A stretch of 64,000 nucleotides of DNA from a bacterium (GTDB taxonomy: Bacteria; Patescibacteriota; Dojkabacteria; JAKAPS01; JAJZLI01): contig JAKAWT010000001.1 of NCBI GenBank assembly GCA_021816845.1, forward strand, positions 70,087-134,086, written 5' to 3'. Both the position numbers and the translations under genes were made by a program. How positions within the stretch are numbered: position 1 is the first letter of the stretch; every line of letters starts with the position of its first letter. The notes below the pieces were generated by a model. The model ran no database searches, was not told the DNA's origin, and was given only the letters and a program-made list of their open reading frames with translations. Below, piece after piece: positions 9,412 through 19,779 of the stretch.

Positions 9412-10356
9412 TCATTCAAATTTTACATTCCCATCTTGTATACCATTTTTAAATTCTCTTCCTGTAACATATTGTTTCCCTTCTCTTTGTATGATATCTA
9501 TTTTAAGATAATAGTCTGAGCATCCTACAAAAAGGTCTTTTGTATCATTGAAAATATGTCCTGGTATATTAGATTTTATATCAGTCAAAGTTGCCTCTTT
9601 AATATTACATAAGACTCCATTTAAATATGTCCATGCTGGATAGAAGGCCTTTATTTTATTTCTTATATCTGTAGATTTTATCCCCCAATCAATTCTACCT
9701 TTTTCTCTCTTGAAATCATCTATATAGCAATATGTAGCTTCTTGAGAATCTTGCTTTCTTGGAACAATATTGTTGAAACTAGAAATTGTCTTTTCTAAAA
9801 GATCTGATCCAAGAAGAGATAACTTACTTTCTAATGTTTTATAATTATCTTTATCATCTATATTTATTTTATCTTGCAATAATAGATCCCCTTCATCCAT
9901 CTTATCATTCATTAAAATTATACTGACACCAGTACTTTTATACCCTCTATATATTGCTGATTGTATTGGAGTTGCACCCCTTAGATCTGGAAGTAATGAT
10001 GCATGTACGTTAAGAAATTTATATCTAGATACAATGGATTTTGGAATAATTTTGCCAAATGAAGCTACTACTATATAGTCACAATTTGAAAGTTCAGAAT
10101 CATTTAGATCCTCAAATAATATAGTTTTTATATGATTTTTCTTTGCATATAATAAAACAGGGTTTGATTCAGGTAGAACAGGTTGACTAGATTTTGATCC
10201 ACTGGATTTTAAAACCACAGATTTTAAATCAAAACTTTTATAAATCATGTCTAGTATAGACAATGAAAAATCAGAAGACCCCAGAAATATTATTCTTGAA
10301 CCCTGATTTATATCTATTAAATTCGAATTCACTTGTTTTTTGTGATTTTTATACAT
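9412..10356 (-). CDS. fmt: methionyl-tRNA formyltransferase
   Basis: Formyltransferase N-domain motifs are present: IIFLGSSDFS, VVASFGKIIP, NVHASLLPDLRGATPIQSAIYRG and MDEGDLL. A C-terminal Fmt-type domain follows. Confidence 0.8.
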   Translation of the reverse strand: MYKNHKKQVNSNLIDINQGSRIIFLGSSDFSLSILDMIYKSFDLKSVVLKSSGSKSSQPVLPESNPVLLYAKKNHIKTILFEDLNDSELSNCDYIVVASFGKIIPKSIVSRYKFLNVHASLLPDLRGATPIQSAIYRGYKSTGVSIILMNDKMDEGDLLLQDKINIDDKDNYKTLESKLSLLGSDLLEKTISSFNNIVPRKQDSQEATYCYIDDFKREKGRIDWGIKSTDIRNKIKAFYPAWTYLNGVLCNIKEATLTDIKSNIPGHIFNDTKDLFVGCSDYYLKIDIIQREGKQYVTGREFKNGIQDGNVKFE

Positions 10357-10413
10357 ATAAGATATAATGACATATATAAACTTTATCTTATTTTATCAAA
10401 AAAATGAATCATT

Positions 10414-11943
10414 ATGTTAATAACAATCATATTGTCAGCACTAGTAGTAGGGCTTGGTGGGTTTACTACTTATAAACAGTTATCTTTTACTAAAAATGAA
10501 CAAAAGTTAAAGGATGATCTAAAAAAAGCCAAAGAAGATTTTATAAAAATTAAAGAGGAAGAGAATAACTTGGCCTCAACAAAGGCTCAAGAAATAATTC
10601 TTGACGCTAAAAATAAAGCTTTTGATATTCTAAAAAATAGCGAAACAAAAGAAATTGAAATTAGAAAGCTTCAAAGTGAGAATGAACAGAAAATCCGTAA
10701 TAGACAGAAAGAAATTGATGAGAGGAGCTCTCGTCTAGATGTACAAGAGAAAAAACTAGAACGTGATAAAGAGAGTTTAACAGCTCAAAGGTCTGATTTA
10801 GAGAAAAAATTAGAAGAAATATCATCATTAACAAAAGATAACGCAAAAGCATTACTTCTTGAACAGCTTGACAAAGAGCTTGTTAATGAGAAAGCAAAAA
10901 GGATCAAAGAATTTGAAGATGATATAAGAGCAAAATCTGAAGATATATCAAAAGAGGTTCTAATAGAAACCATGCAAAAAACAGTTTCAGAATATATTGG
11001 ACCAGCAACAACTTCTATAGTAGATATTCCCAATGATGATGTAAAAGGTAGAATAATAGGGAAAGAAGGTAGGAATATCAAATATTTTGAAAAATTAACT
11101 GGTGTTGATTTAATAATAGATGATATGCCTGGTTCAATAACAGTATCTTGCTTTGACCCATTGCGCCGAGAAGTAGGTATCATAGCATTGAGAAATTTAA
11201 TAGAAGATAAAAGAATCCATCCTGGTAAAATAGAAGAATTAGTTAAAAAAGCCAAAGAAGATTTGTCAAAAGAGATAAGGAAATTTGGTGAAAAGATAGC
11301 TTATGATGCAGGAATCACGGGGTTAAGACCTGAATTAATACTTCTTCTTGGTAGAATGAAATATAGATATAGTTATGGACAAAACCTAGCTACACACTCA
11401 TTAGAAATGGTACAAATTGCAGAGAATCTTGCAATAAGTCTTAATGCAGATGTATACATGTCTAAAAAATGTGCATTATTCCATGATATTGGGAAAGTTA
11501 TAACTGCAGAACAAGAGGGATCTCATGTAGAACTTGGAGCAGAAATTGCAAGGAAATATAATCTAGAGGAACAGGTTATAAATGCCATATTCGCCCACCA
11601 TGATATGGCTGAACCAACAAGTGTTGAAAGTGCTATAACAAAAGTTGCAGATAAAATATCTGGAGGTAGACCTGGAGCACGTAATAATTCCTCAGAAATG
11701 TATTCTACAAGAATTAAACAACTAGAAGATACCGTAAAATCATTTGAAGGGGTTGAAGAAGCTTATGCAATATATGCTGGCCGTGAAGTGAGAGTTATAG
11801 TAAAACCGGATATTGTAGATGATGCAAGATTAGCATTACTTTCACACGAAATAGCTGAAAAAGTACAAAAAGAAAATACCTATCCGGGAACAGTACAAAT
11901 AACATTAATTAGAGAAACAAGAGCTGTTTCAAAAGCTAGTTAA
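10414..11943 (+). CDS. rny: ribonuclease Y
   Basis: N-terminal TM helix, long E/K-rich coiled coil, KH domain (IIGKEGRNIKYFEKLTGVDLIIDD), HD domain (HSLEMVQIAE...FHDIGK) and the C-terminal GREVRVIVKPD box. Confidence 0.85.
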   Translation: MLITIILSALVVGLGGFTTYKQLSFTKNEQKLKDDLKKAKEDFIKIKEEENNLASTKAQEIILDAKNKAFDILKNSETKEIEIRKLQSENEQKIRNRQKEIDERSSRLDVQEKKLERDKESLTAQRSDLEKKLEEISSLTKDNAKALLLEQLDKELVNEKAKRIKEFEDDIRAKSEDISKEVLIETMQKTVSEYIGPATTSIVDIPNDDVKGRIIGKEGRNIKYFEKLTGVDLIIDDMPGSITVSCFDPLRREVGIIALRNLIEDKRIHPGKIEELVKKAKEDLSKEIRKFGEKIAYDAGITGLRPELILLLGRMKYRYSYGQNLATHSLEMVQIAENLAISLNADVYMSKKCALFHDIGKVITAEQEGSHVELGAEIARKYNLEEQVINAIFAHHDMAEPTSVESAITKVADKISGGRPGARNNSSEMYSTRIKQLEDTVKSFEGVEEAYAIYAGREVRVIVKPDIVDDARLALLSHEIAEKVQKENTYPGTVQITLIRETRAVSKAS

Positions 11944-11947
11944 AAAA

Positions 11948-13249
11948 ATGAAAAGAATATATTCTTTAGATTTAAAAAAACATAACAAAGAAAACGTACT
12001 TGTAAAAGGCCACATATTCCAGAAAAGAATGATGGGCAAAGTTAATTTTATTATTCTCCGTGATAGAGATGGTCTAATACAAATAGTTTTAAAGGATGCA
12101 AAAGAGATTTTGAAAGTACAGGATCTCATGGATGAAAGTGTTATAGAAGTTAAAGGTATTTGTGTTTATGATGATAGATCACTAAATAAGGCTGAAATTC
12201 ATGAACCTAAAATAACTATAATATCTAAAGTTACAGAACCACTAAAAATAGAAATAAACAAACCTGAGATCCATGCAAATATAGATACTATTCTTGATAA
12301 CAGACCAATTGTGCTAAGAGCTCCTAAAGAAAGAGCTATATTTAAAATCCAAGCAACAATGGCACAAGCATATAGAGAATATGCAATATCAGAAAATGCC
12401 ACAGAAATATTTCCACCAACAATTGTAGGTAGTGCCACAGAGGGTGGATCTGAATTATTCAAGTTTAAATATTACGGAAAAGATGCATATTTGTCACAAT
12501 CTGCACAACTATATAAGCAAATAATGGTTGGAGTATTCGAAAAAGTATTTGCCATAGCCCATTCCTATAGAGCAGAAAAATATGGTACTTCTAGACATAC
12601 TTCAGAATTCATACAGTATGAATTTGAGATGGGATTTATAGATTCATACCTTGATATAATATCTTTTTGTATAAATGCAATAAGATATATTAAGACTAAA
12701 GTTGAAAAAGACAATGCAAAGGAACTTGAAATATTGCAAAAAAAATTACCTTTGATCCCAAAAGATATTCCTATATTAAAATTGAAAGATGCTCAAGAAA
12801 TCATATTTAAAAACACAAAAATAGATAAAAGATCAGAGAATGATCTATCTCCTGAGGATGAAAAAACTATATCAAAAATAATATTGAAAAAATATAAATC
12901 AGATCTTGTGGTTATAACCCATTATCCAATCTCAAAAAGACCCTTTTATACAATGCCAGATAAAGATGATCCAGACAATACTCTAAGCTTTGATTTTATT
13001 TTAAGAGGAGAAGAAATTGCTACTGGAGGTCAAAGAATAAATGATTACAAACAACTTATTGAATCTATAAAAAAGAAAGGTATGAATCCAAACGATTTTG
13101 TTGATTTTCTTGAAATATTTAAATATGGTATGCCAGAGGAAGGAGGATTCGGAATGGGTTTTGAAAGGCTTACTCAACAATTTTTAGGCCTTTCAAACGT
13201 AAGAGAAGCAACTCTATTCCCTAGAGATGTCAAAAGAATTTCACCTTAA
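11948..13249 (+). CDS. aspS: aspartate--tRNA ligase, class IIb, archaeal/eukaryotic-type short form. AsnRS is not fully excluded.
   Basis: 433 aa. OB anticodon-binding N-domain. Class II motif 2 (HSYRAEKYGTSRHTSEF) and motif 3 (GGFGMGFERL). Confidence 0.7.
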   Translation: MKRIYSLDLKKHNKENVLVKGHIFQKRMMGKVNFIILRDRDGLIQIVLKDAKEILKVQDLMDESVIEVKGICVYDDRSLNKAEIHEPKITIISKVTEPLKIEINKPEIHANIDTILDNRPIVLRAPKERAIFKIQATMAQAYREYAISENATEIFPPTIVGSATEGGSELFKFKYYGKDAYLSQSAQLYKQIMVGVFEKVFAIAHSYRAEKYGTSRHTSEFIQYEFEMGFIDSYLDIISFCINAIRYIKTKVEKDNAKELEILQKKLPLIPKDIPILKLKDAQEIIFKNTKIDKRSENDLSPEDEKTISKIILKKYKSDLVVITHYPISKRPFYTMPDKDDPDNTLSFDFILRGEEIATGGQRINDYKQLIESIKKKGMNPNDFVDFLEIFKYGMPEEGGFGMGFERLTQQFLGLSNVREATLFPRDVKRISP

Positions 13250-14427
13250 GGTAAAGCATTTACATAATAGTAGAATGTACCAGTACTCCCGTTTTTAAAA
13301 TAGGCTATACCTGAAAACACATATATAGGCTCTAAAAATTGATGATAATTTTGACCCTCATAATAGCCTAGAGTTACAGAATTTACATAAAATCTGGTAA
13401 CATCCAAGGATGGTTCTACAGTTAAATAAGGATTGCCAGACGAGGAGTATAATGATGATAGAGCACCCTGTCCCCTCTCCATTTTTGCAAAGGCCTGTTG
13501 TGGAGAAATTATATCATAAGTACCAGTACTAGTTCTTTGTATATTGTAGTTAGTAAAGTAGGCAGATATTATACCTGACACTCCTTGTATTGGATCATCT
13601 ATTAGAAACCTTATCAAAGGTAAATTAGGGTCTGGGTTATATATAGGGTATCCTGCAATAGTTTTCTTATAGAATACATAATAACCATTAGACAAGGTAC
13701 CAGATACATTTGAATCTAGTATATTAGTGTCAGTAATTGTTACAGGAGTCTTTGTAAAATTATTTGTAATCTTATAATTATTACCTTCACTTTGATATCT
13801 ATTTAACTCAGGTAAAATATATACAGTTTGGCCTAAACTATTAGTGTAATATAAAGAAGTTAAAAATGATGAAACTGTTTGCAATACAGACAAAGGATCT
13901 TGGAAGTTATCTAATGTATTCCCTTGTTTCTGCTGATAGGCAAAATATCCACTTGGATTATTTTTAAGTTGAATTTGAAAGTTAAAATTCTGGATATTAA
14001 TCTCAAATATATGATTAGTTGAATACCAATCATAGAGAAATTGTGATTTTTGCTGACCCTGACCAGAAAATTGTAATTGTTGAGCAATAGCTGTTGCAAC
14101 ATTCAAAGAATTCACACTGATAGAGGGAGATGATAATCTATAAACAGTCATTATTTTAGGAACCTTTATAAAACTATTCGTAGGTGTAGCAAGTGTATAT
14201 ATAGGATTATCACCTTGTGGAAGTGGGACATAGTGCGTGAATATTATTGGTGGCACGTCGCCAAGAGCATTTGAAGCAATACCATTTTTCAAAGATAAAT
14301 TATTCTCTTTTGATATAGCAGATACTATAAGGAAAGCTAATAGTATAACTATTAACGTTGCTAGAGTTATTACTCCTATTTTGATTCCATTTTCAGTATA
14401 TACTGTAAATCTTGTAAGTCTTGACAT
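13246..14427 (-). CDS. hypothetical membrane-anchored secreted protein
   Basis: 393-aa ORF with an N-terminal TM/signal anchor (IGVITLATLIVILLAFLIVSA) and an N/S/T/Y-rich extracytoplasmic body. No domain recognised. Confidence 0.5.
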   Translation of the reverse strand: MSRLTRFTVYTENGIKIGVITLATLIVILLAFLIVSAISKENNLSLKNGIASNALGDVPPIIFTHYVPLPQGDNPIYTLATPTNSFIKVPKIMTVYRLSSPSISVNSLNVATAIAQQLQFSGQGQQKSQFLYDWYSTNHIFEINIQNFNFQIQLKNNPSGYFAYQQKQGNTLDNFQDPLSVLQTVSSFLTSLYYTNSLGQTVYILPELNRYQSEGNNYKITNNFTKTPVTITDTNILDSNVSGTLSNGYYVFYKKTIAGYPIYNPDPNLPLIRFLIDDPIQGVSGIISAYFTNYNIQRTSTGTYDIISPQQAFAKMERGQGALSSLYSSSGNPYLTVEPSLDVTRFYVNSVTLGYYEGQNYHQFLEPIYVFSGIAYFKNGSTGTFYYYVNALP

Positions 14428-14469
14428 TTGAGTTTATAATATTATTCTTCATCATTATAGATATAAAGT

Positions 14470-15909
14470 ATGAAAAATAACAATATCCAAAAAAAGGTGA
14501 GAACAAGAATAGCTCCATCACCCACTGGTGATCCTCATATAGGTACTTTGTATCAATCAATTTTTGATTATGCTTTTGCAAAACAAAATAATGGTGATTT
14601 TATCCTAAGAATCGAAGATACAGATAGAGATAGGTTTGTTAAGGGAGCAGAAGAAAATATTATTAATGCATTTAAATGGGCAGGAATAGTTCCAGATGAA
14701 AGTCCATCCCAAGGAGGAAAATATTCACCATACAGACAATCTGAGAGATTATATATTTACAAGAAATATATAAATGAGTTAATTAGTCGTAAAAGTGCAT
14801 ATTATTGCTTTTGTAGCAAAGAAAGATTAGCAAAAATAAGAGAAATACAAATAAAGAATAAAGTGCAACCCAAGTATGATAAATATTGTCTTAATTTAAA
14901 GAAGGATGAGATTGATAAAAACTTAGAAGATAATAAACCATATGTGGTAAGGCTGAATGTTCCAAATGATACAGATATAATTTTTGATGACCTTATAAGG
15001 GGTAGAATAATTATTAATACTAAATCAATTGATGATCAAATATTATTAAAAACAGATGGCTACCCTACTTACCATGCTGCTGTTGTAATTGATGATCATT
15101 TAATGGAAATTACCCACATCATAAGAGGAGAAGAATGGATATCATCTACACCAAAACATATACTTATATATAAAGCTTTTGGTTGGGATATACCATATTT
15201 TGCACATTTATCTTTACTTAGAAACAGAGATAAATCAAAAGTCTCTAAAAGGCATAACAATACTTCTATAGATTGGTATAGAGAAGAAGGGTATCTACCT
15301 GAAGCTCTTATTAATTATTTAATATTACTTGGGTGGTCATCACCTGATGGGAAAGAAATAATCTCAATGGATGAATTTGTCAGAAAATTTTCTTTTTCAA
15401 GAGTAACTAAGGGAGGTCCAATATTCGATATAGATAAACTCAATTGGATTAATGGTGTATATATAAGACAACTTAGTTTATTAAATTTAAAAAAATTGAT
15501 AATACCATACTTAAAATATAAAGATATAAAAAGTTCTTATCTAGATAGTATTTTAAAACTAACACAAGAGAGACTTAAAAAATTATCTGAAATTAATGAT
15601 CTAATAAGCTTTTTCATTGAAGATATAGATATTCCAAAAGATTTAATATATGGGATATTTAGTATAAATGATGTTAAGAAAATAATAAAAAACATAATAT
15701 TAATAATAGATAAGTATGGTATAAACGAGGAGAGTGAACAGATTATGAGAGAATATGCACTTAATAATAATTATAAGATAGGAGATTTTTTCATGATTAT
15801 TAGACTTGCAATAACAGGTAGAAAAGCCTCTCCTCCACTATTAGATACTATGTATGTACTGGGAGACAAAAAAGTTAAAGAGAGATTATCAAGATTAATT
15901 AATACTTAA
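14470..15909 (+). CDS. gltX: glutamate--tRNA ligase
   Basis: RIAPSPTGDPHIGT (HIGH region) and VSKR at the KMSKS position. Class I GluRS length and architecture. Confidence 0.85.
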   Translation: MKNNNIQKKVRTRIAPSPTGDPHIGTLYQSIFDYAFAKQNNGDFILRIEDTDRDRFVKGAEENIINAFKWAGIVPDESPSQGGKYSPYRQSERLYIYKKYINELISRKSAYYCFCSKERLAKIREIQIKNKVQPKYDKYCLNLKKDEIDKNLEDNKPYVVRLNVPNDTDIIFDDLIRGRIIINTKSIDDQILLKTDGYPTYHAAVVIDDHLMEITHIIRGEEWISSTPKHILIYKAFGWDIPYFAHLSLLRNRDKSKVSKRHNNTSIDWYREEGYLPEALINYLILLGWSSPDGKEIISMDEFVRKFSFSRVTKGGPIFDIDKLNWINGVYIRQLSLLNLKKLIIPYLKYKDIKSSYLDSILKLTQERLKKLSEINDLISFFIEDIDIPKDLIYGIFSINDVKKIIKNIILIIDKYGINEESEQIMREYALNNNYKIGDFFMIIRLAITGRKASPPLLDTMYVLGDKKVKERLSRLINT

Positions 15910-15960
15910 TATTTGCTGTTTTAACTAATTTAAAAGTATAATTAGATATGTTTTCATTAT

Positions 15961-16032
15961 TGGGAGATAGTTTAATGGCAAAACGCTACGCTCTGGACGT
16001 AGTAAGTCTAGGTTCGACTCCTAGTCTCCCAA
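15961..16032 (+). tRNA. tRNA-Gln (anticodon CTG)
   Basis: Manual cloverleaf fold: acceptor TGGGAGA/TCTCCCA with U1-A72, D-stem GTTT/AAAC, anticodon stem CTACG/CGTAG with loop CTCTGGA, T-arm CTAGG-TTCGACT-CCTAG. No encoded CCA. Confidence 0.7.
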
Positions 16033-16114
16033 ATAGTAGAGTATATCAAAAAAGGTATATACCTAATTGATCGAAAAGTGTATAATTTAGCAGAGAGAGG
16101 AATAAAAATTAAAT

Positions 16115-16450
16115 ATGGCTGAAAATATAAATCACAGACATAAAAATTCTTTATCTTTCCTTGATAAGATAGCATTATATATCACTACTATAGTTGGTAC
16201 AATGTATTGTGCTTTTGTATTTGCAGTAATAGCATTGGCTGGGTTTCCTTTTAAAGGGGCAACACCTCTACAATATGTCTTATGGACATCAACCATATTC
16301 CTTCAATTAGTATTACTCCCAATCATTCTTGTTGGTCAAAATTTACAAAACAGACATGCACAACTTCTAGCTGAACAAATGTATAGAATTGAAGGACATA
16401 ATGAAAGATTACTTGAAGAATTGAATAAACTGAAAAATAACCAACATTAA
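16115..16450 (+). CDS. DUF1003-family membrane protein
   Basis: Two-TM core (IALYITTIVGTMYCAFVFAVIALAGFPF, WTSTIFLQLVLLPIILVGQN) followed by a short coiled-coil tail, the DUF1003 pattern. Confidence 0.5.
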   Translation: MAENINHRHKNSLSFLDKIALYITTIVGTMYCAFVFAVIALAGFPFKGATPLQYVLWTSTIFLQLVLLPIILVGQNLQNRHAQLLAEQMYRIEGHNERLLEELNKLKNNQH

Positions 16451-16555
16451 TTATTAGAACAAGTAGATAAAGATCCATTATAAACTTTTTTGGGATTATT
16501 ATTGGTTTCAATCAATATTTTAGGAAAAAGTATTGAAGTATAGTATAATATTGGT

Positions 16556-17092
16556 ATGGAAAAAACAAATGTCCTAGCCTTTGCAGGATCCCTAAGAAGG
16601 AATTCATATAATAAGATGTTACTTAATAATATGGTCTCTTTGGGGGAAAATATTATAAATATCAATATATTTGATATATCAGAGATACCATTTTTTAATC
16701 AAGATATTGAAAATGAACCTCCAGAAGTAATTAAGGAGTTAAGAAAACAAGTTAATGATTCTGAAGGGGTAATTATTGTCACTCCAGAATATAATTTTTC
16801 TTTCTCTGCAATTACTAAAAACGTAATCGACTGGCTATCAAGAGTAGAAAAACCGTTAGATAATAAACCTGTGTGTATATGTGGTGCATCAGGAGGTTAT
16901 TTTGGTACTGCACGTGCGCAGCTACAATTACGTCCGGTCCTTGCAGCGGTCAATGCTAGAGTTATGTCAAAACCAGATTTGTTTATACCCAATGCTCAAA
17001 ACATATTTTCGGATGGAGGAGAAATTCTAGATACTACTATACAGAATAATATTAAAGATTTTTTACAAAAATTCAATAATTTTATAAAATAG
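16556..17092 (+). CDS. NAD(P)H-dependent FMN reductase family protein (flavodoxin-like fold)
   Basis: NVLAFAGSLRRNSYNK, VIIVTPEYNFSFSAITKNVIDWLSR and GASGGYFGTARAQLQLRPVL match the NADPH-dependent FMN reductase (SsuE/ArsH/YieF) family. Confidence 0.7.
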   Translation: MEKTNVLAFAGSLRRNSYNKMLLNNMVSLGENIININIFDISEIPFFNQDIENEPPEVIKELRKQVNDSEGVIIVTPEYNFSFSAITKNVIDWLSRVEKPLDNKPVCICGASGGYFGTARAQLQLRPVLAAVNARVMSKPDLFIPNAQNIFSDGGEILDTTIQNNIKDFLQKFNNFIK

Positions 17093-17109
17093 GTGTAAAA
17101 TATAAGTGT

Positions 17110-17328
17110 ATGAACAGAGGTCTGGCACAATCAAAATTAGTAATAGCAATATTCTTTTTCATACTAGGTATGATAGTAGGGGTAATTCTATATTATATAT
17201 TTTATCCAGATTCTCCTTATTTAGGTTGGAAAGAAAAAACAATCACAGGAACAACAGTAAAGAATACAAAAATAAATGTAAATAATTCTCCACACGTACA
17301 GCCTAAAACTCCAACTTCTAAATATTAA
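17110..17328 (+). CDS. small hypothetical membrane protein
   Basis: 72-aa ORF with one TM helix (LVIAIFFFILGMIVGVILYYIF). Confidence 0.3.
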   Translation: MNRGLAQSKLVIAIFFFILGMIVGVILYYIFYPDSPYLGWKEKTITGTTVKNTKINVNNSPHVQPKTPTSKY

Positions 17329-17345
17329 TTTCTATCAAAAGTATA

Positions 17346-17430
17346 AATTCTAATCGGAGAGAGAGAGATTCGAACTCTCGATACCATAATGGTATACTAG
17401 CTTTCCAAGCCAGCGCACTAGGCCACTATG
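17346..17430 (-). tRNA. tRNA-Ser (anticodon GGA), type II with a long variable arm
   Basis: Reverse complement: GGAGAGG-TC-GCA-TAGTGGCCTAG-TGC-G-CTGGC-TTGGAAA-GCTAG, long variable arm (TATACCATTATGGTATC), GAGAG-TTCGAAT-CTCTC, then TCTCTCC-G. 3-bp D stem and ~85 nt length are typical of Ser. Confidence 0.75.
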
Positions 17431-17446
17431 CGACCTCTCCATAATG

Positions 17447-18040
17447 TTATTTTATCATTATAAGACCAAAATTATAAAATATAGCAAATAGCACTAATAC
17501 TAATAGACTTCCCCCAATCAACTGATAAATGTTATGTTTCCGTAAAACTAATCTAGAAAACCAGACTATAGGTATTAATAAAGCCACTACTATAGAATAT
17601 TCTTTGTAGAATATAAGAGTGATAACAAATAATGTTGTAATCATTATGGCATGAAAACTAATCTTCCAAAAAAATGTTATTAAAGTAGCAAACAATATAA
17701 TTAAGGTTAAAAGATAAAGGATATGTAATAATTCTTTATCAATTCCATATATATATAAAACTATATCACTAGATAAAAGCCATAAAGTTACTATCAATGA
17801 AGAGATAATCCTATCGTGTATATTACTAAGATCAAAATCAATATCATTAATACCAGTTTTTTTTATTTGAAAAATTAAAAATATCAAAAACAATATCAAT
17901 GGGAACATTATAAGTATGGGTCCGGCAAAGTAGAATTTTGAAATTCTAAAGTTTAAAAGTAGAATTATTGACATTATAGGAACAATTATATAAAAATCAA
18001 AAATTCTTGATACTACTATTGCAAAAATACTTTTATTCAC
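17447..18040 (-). CDS. polytopic membrane protein, weakly PAP2-phosphatase-like
   Basis: Six hydrophobic segments. ISFHA and SRLVLRKHNIYQ loosely resemble PAP2 motifs 2 and 3 (xSGH, SRxxxxxHxxxD). Weak call. Confidence 0.35.
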   Translation of the reverse strand: MNKSIFAIVVSRIFDFYIIVPIMSIILLLNFRISKFYFAGPILIMFPLILFLIFLIFQIKKTGINDIDFDLSNIHDRIISSLIVTLWLLSSDIVLYIYGIDKELLHILYLLTLIILFATLITFFWKISFHAIMITTLFVITLIFYKEYSIVVALLIPIVWFSRLVLRKHNIYQLIGGSLLVLVLFAIFYNFGLIMIK

Positions 18041-18083
18041 TTACTATAATGATATATAAATTAATTTTGGATATACAGAAACA

Positions 18084-18299
18084 ATGATATCACTAATACT
18101 TATAATAATCCTAATTGTTGCATTATTAGCATTTTATATTTTTTTTATATCTTATACAATAAAATCTAATAATTATATTTATAAAGAAATGATGCAAAAT
18201 AAGGAATACAAAAATTTATTTGAATTCTATGAAAAATATGCAAGAGGAGAGATATCAGATGATGAATATTTAATTTTAAAAAATAATATAGAAAAATAA
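18084..18299 (+). CDS. SHOCT-domain small membrane protein
   Basis: N-terminal TM helix, then a C-terminal YARGEISDDEYLILKNNIEK SHOCT-like motif. Confidence 0.5.
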   Translation: MISLILIIILIVALLAFYIFFISYTIKSNNYIYKEMMQNKEYKNLFEFYEKYARGEISDDEYLILKNNIEK

Positions 18300-18533
18300 A
18301 TGTTAGCATATTCTATTATTAACACAATCATATATATAGCATTACTTGTGGGCATTATATATATATCTATTTTTCTAATATCTAATCTTACGGCTTCTGA
18401 TATAGATAAATATAATAAAAAAGCAAAAAAGAAAGCAATAAATATATTGAAAGAAAGGCTAGATAATGGAGAAATTAATAAAGAAACTTATGATAGGATG
18501 AGAGATCATATATCTTCAAAATCAAATGGATAG
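18300..18533 (+). CDS. SHOCT-domain small membrane protein, tandem paralog
   Basis: Starts 1 nt after the preceding stop. N-terminal TM helix, then LDNGEINKETYDRMRDHI SHOCT-like motif. Confidence 0.5.
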   Translation: MLAYSIINTIIYIALLVGIIYISIFLISNLTASDIDKYNKKAKKKAINILKERLDNGEINKETYDRMRDHISSKSNG

Positions 18534-19071
18534 TAATTCATATATTAGTTCAATAAGTTGTAACAGTGGAGAACTAATAACTATAAGGAAACTAGAATGG
18601 ATTTACTCATATAATTTTCTAAAATTTCTTTCTTCAAACTTATTAGATCTTCATGATTTTAGAGGTATAAGTAAAATGATTATTGAAAAATCTGACTCTT
18701 ATGATATACCAGATATAATGAAGAGTATTTATGATGGGGACTGTTTCATTTTATGTGCTTTTAATAAAATCAATGATATTATAGGTTTTTCTGGAGTGTT
18801 CAAAAAATTTAATATAGGTAATTTTGAAATATTTATAGATAATCAATATAGAAATAAAGGTGTGGGCAATATACTTATAAACACAACCTTAAAGTATTCA
18901 AATCATTTAGATATACAAAATATCAATTTAAGTGTAAGGGATAACAATGAAAATGCTATAAAACTTTATAAGAAGAATGGTTTTAAAAAAATTAAAACAA
19001 TTAAAAATAACATTTCATACAAAAAAGCAATAGTCAATGAAGTTATTATGTCTATAGAATTAAACTATTGA
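18526..19071 (+). CDS. GNAT family N-acetyltransferase
   Basis: FIDNQYRNKGVGNILINTTLKYS (acetyl-CoA binding Q/RxxGxG/A motif) and AIKLYKKNGFKK (motif B). Confidence 0.65.
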   Translation: MDSNSYISSISCNSGELITIRKLEWIYSYNFLKFLSSNLLDLHDFRGISKMIIEKSDSYDIPDIMKSIYDGDCFILCAFNKINDIIGFSGVFKKFNIGNFEIFIDNQYRNKGVGNILINTTLKYSNHLDIQNINLSVRDNNENAIKLYKKNGFKKIKTIKNNISYKKAIVNEVIMSIELNY

Positions 19072-19580
19072 ATATGTTGAGAATAACATTTAATTCTGAG
19101 TTCAGATAGTCTATCATTATTTAATATAAAACCATTCTTCCTTAATTTATTAACTATTCTGTCAAAAGTATAAATATCACCATCTGCAGTTTTTTGTAGA
19201 TCTTCTAGATCATTATAGAATACCATCTTCTTATTTTCTGCTTGTTTTCTATATTCCATAATAATATTTTTTAAATTATCAATATCACTTTTCTCGGCTA
19301 CTTTTAGTTTAGAGAATTCTATCTTAACATCCTCACCTAAAACTCTTAAATATTGAGAGATATCCTTTTCTAAAGATATCAAAAATATATTCTTGCCAAC
19401 TAATATATTGCTGATATCATCATTTACAAGAGATCCATCACTTTTATATTCAGGAATAAGGTAATTTGTCTGTATAATGATATTTTCCTTATCTTGTGAT
19501 TTGACGGTCGAAGATACTAATATCCCACCATATTTTTTTTCTATTAACACTATTTTTTGACTATCTAGGTGCTTATCCAT
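19065..19580 (-). CDS. hypothetical protein
   Basis: 171-aa ORF, coding-like, no family recognised. Confidence 0.4.
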   Translation of the reverse strand: MDKHLDSQKIVLIEKKYGGILVSSTVKSQDKENIIIQTNYLIPEYKSDGSLVNDDISNILVGKNIFLISLEKDISQYLRVLGEDVKIEFSKLKVAEKSDIDNLKNIIMEYRKQAENKKMVFYNDLEDLQKTADGDIYTFDRIVNKLRKNGFILNNDRLSELRIKCYSQHIQ

Positions 19581-19779
19581 ATCAGAAAATAAATCCTGTT
19601 ATTATAGATATACCAGAAAATAAATCCTCTAAATATGAGGAAATCTCTTTGATATTATCTTCTTGAATTTCATCTATTTCTATATATTCTGTCATAATAA
19701 TTAATTTTCAAAAATCAATCATTATATCAATAAAAATAGTAGAAGTCAACTACCATTAATCAATACTAAAGTTTTCAGT

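Noticed and set aside
16323-16665. Two minus-strand ORFs (16323..16511, 16447..16665) between the DUF1003 gene and the FMN reductase gene
   Set aside because: They overlap the 3' end and the 5' region of well-supported plus-strand genes and are phenylalanine/isoleucine-rich translations of AT-rich DNA. Judged spurious.
19583-19697. 37-aa acidic mini-ORF (MTEYIEIDEIQEDNIKEISSYLEDLFSGISIITGFIF) immediately upstream of the 19065..19580 gene
   Set aside because: Too short and without recognisable features. It could be a leader peptide or chance ORF in AT-rich DNA. It is not in frame with the downstream gene: TGA then 1 nt before the ATG.
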